From Cycas panzhihuaensis (Eukaryota; Plantae; Cycadophyta): 64,000 nt of DNA. A program made the translations under genes and the position numbers. Positions 63,901-64,000 of the stretch are shown piece after piece. The stretch is taken from positions 87,427,741 through 87,491,740 of the forward strand of contig CM041465.1 in assembly GCA_023213395.1 (NCBI GenBank). Reading direction: 5' to 3'. The notes beneath the pieces were generated by a model that was not told the origin of the DNA, searched no databases, and worked only from the letters and a program-made list of their open reading frames with translations. The stretch's first letter is position 1. The number at the start of each line of letters is the position of its first letter.

Positions 63901-64000
63901 TTTTTAAGACCCACTTAGATCTCAATAACCTCAAGAGTCAAACATTTGGCTATGGTAGAGTCACATGTGGTTGCCCCCATCTTGAGGACCTTAACATGTA
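60925..64000 (-). mobile_element. Element E: minus-strand Tat gag-protease-RT pseudogene, continuing beyond the window and interrupted by D
   Basis: ORFs 63109-63381, 62764-63033 (RRTIVDKGS protease), 61356-61721, 60873-61100 (VFMDD..SLNPLKC), colinear with A 20840-23900. Confidence 0.9.

Overview
Gene-free, AT-rich plant heterochromatin made almost entirely of nested, decayed retroelements. The element types suggest a gymnosperm-like host (inference only). No intact CDS, RNA gene or CRISPR array is supported. All alignments, translations and divergence figures were done by eye. Contents: (1) six segments of large Tat-group Ty3/Gypsy LTR retrotransposons (labelled F, C, A, B, D, E), with ~3 kb LTRs, a tRNA-Arg-like PBS and an AAGGGGGCA PPT; (2) a Reina-like chromovirus inside the LTR of B; (3) the 3' half of an endogenous Caulimoviridae (pararetrovirus) genome that ends exactly at its tRNA-Met PBS; (4) a Copia-like solo LTR with TSD, a Copia gag remnant and older relics. 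Highlights: the Tat elements carry a 3' accessory cassette made of an antisense three-exon gene (own TATA box, in-frame splice junctions in several copies; Plant Mobile Domain plus coiled coil), a stand-alone archaeal-type RNase H ORF, and a recurring CG-rich palindrome. The pararetrovirus has a cryptic ~226-aa ORF2 with an LPxxL motif, followed by three tandem 21-nt hairpins with an invariant GGGATGT loop and covarying stems.
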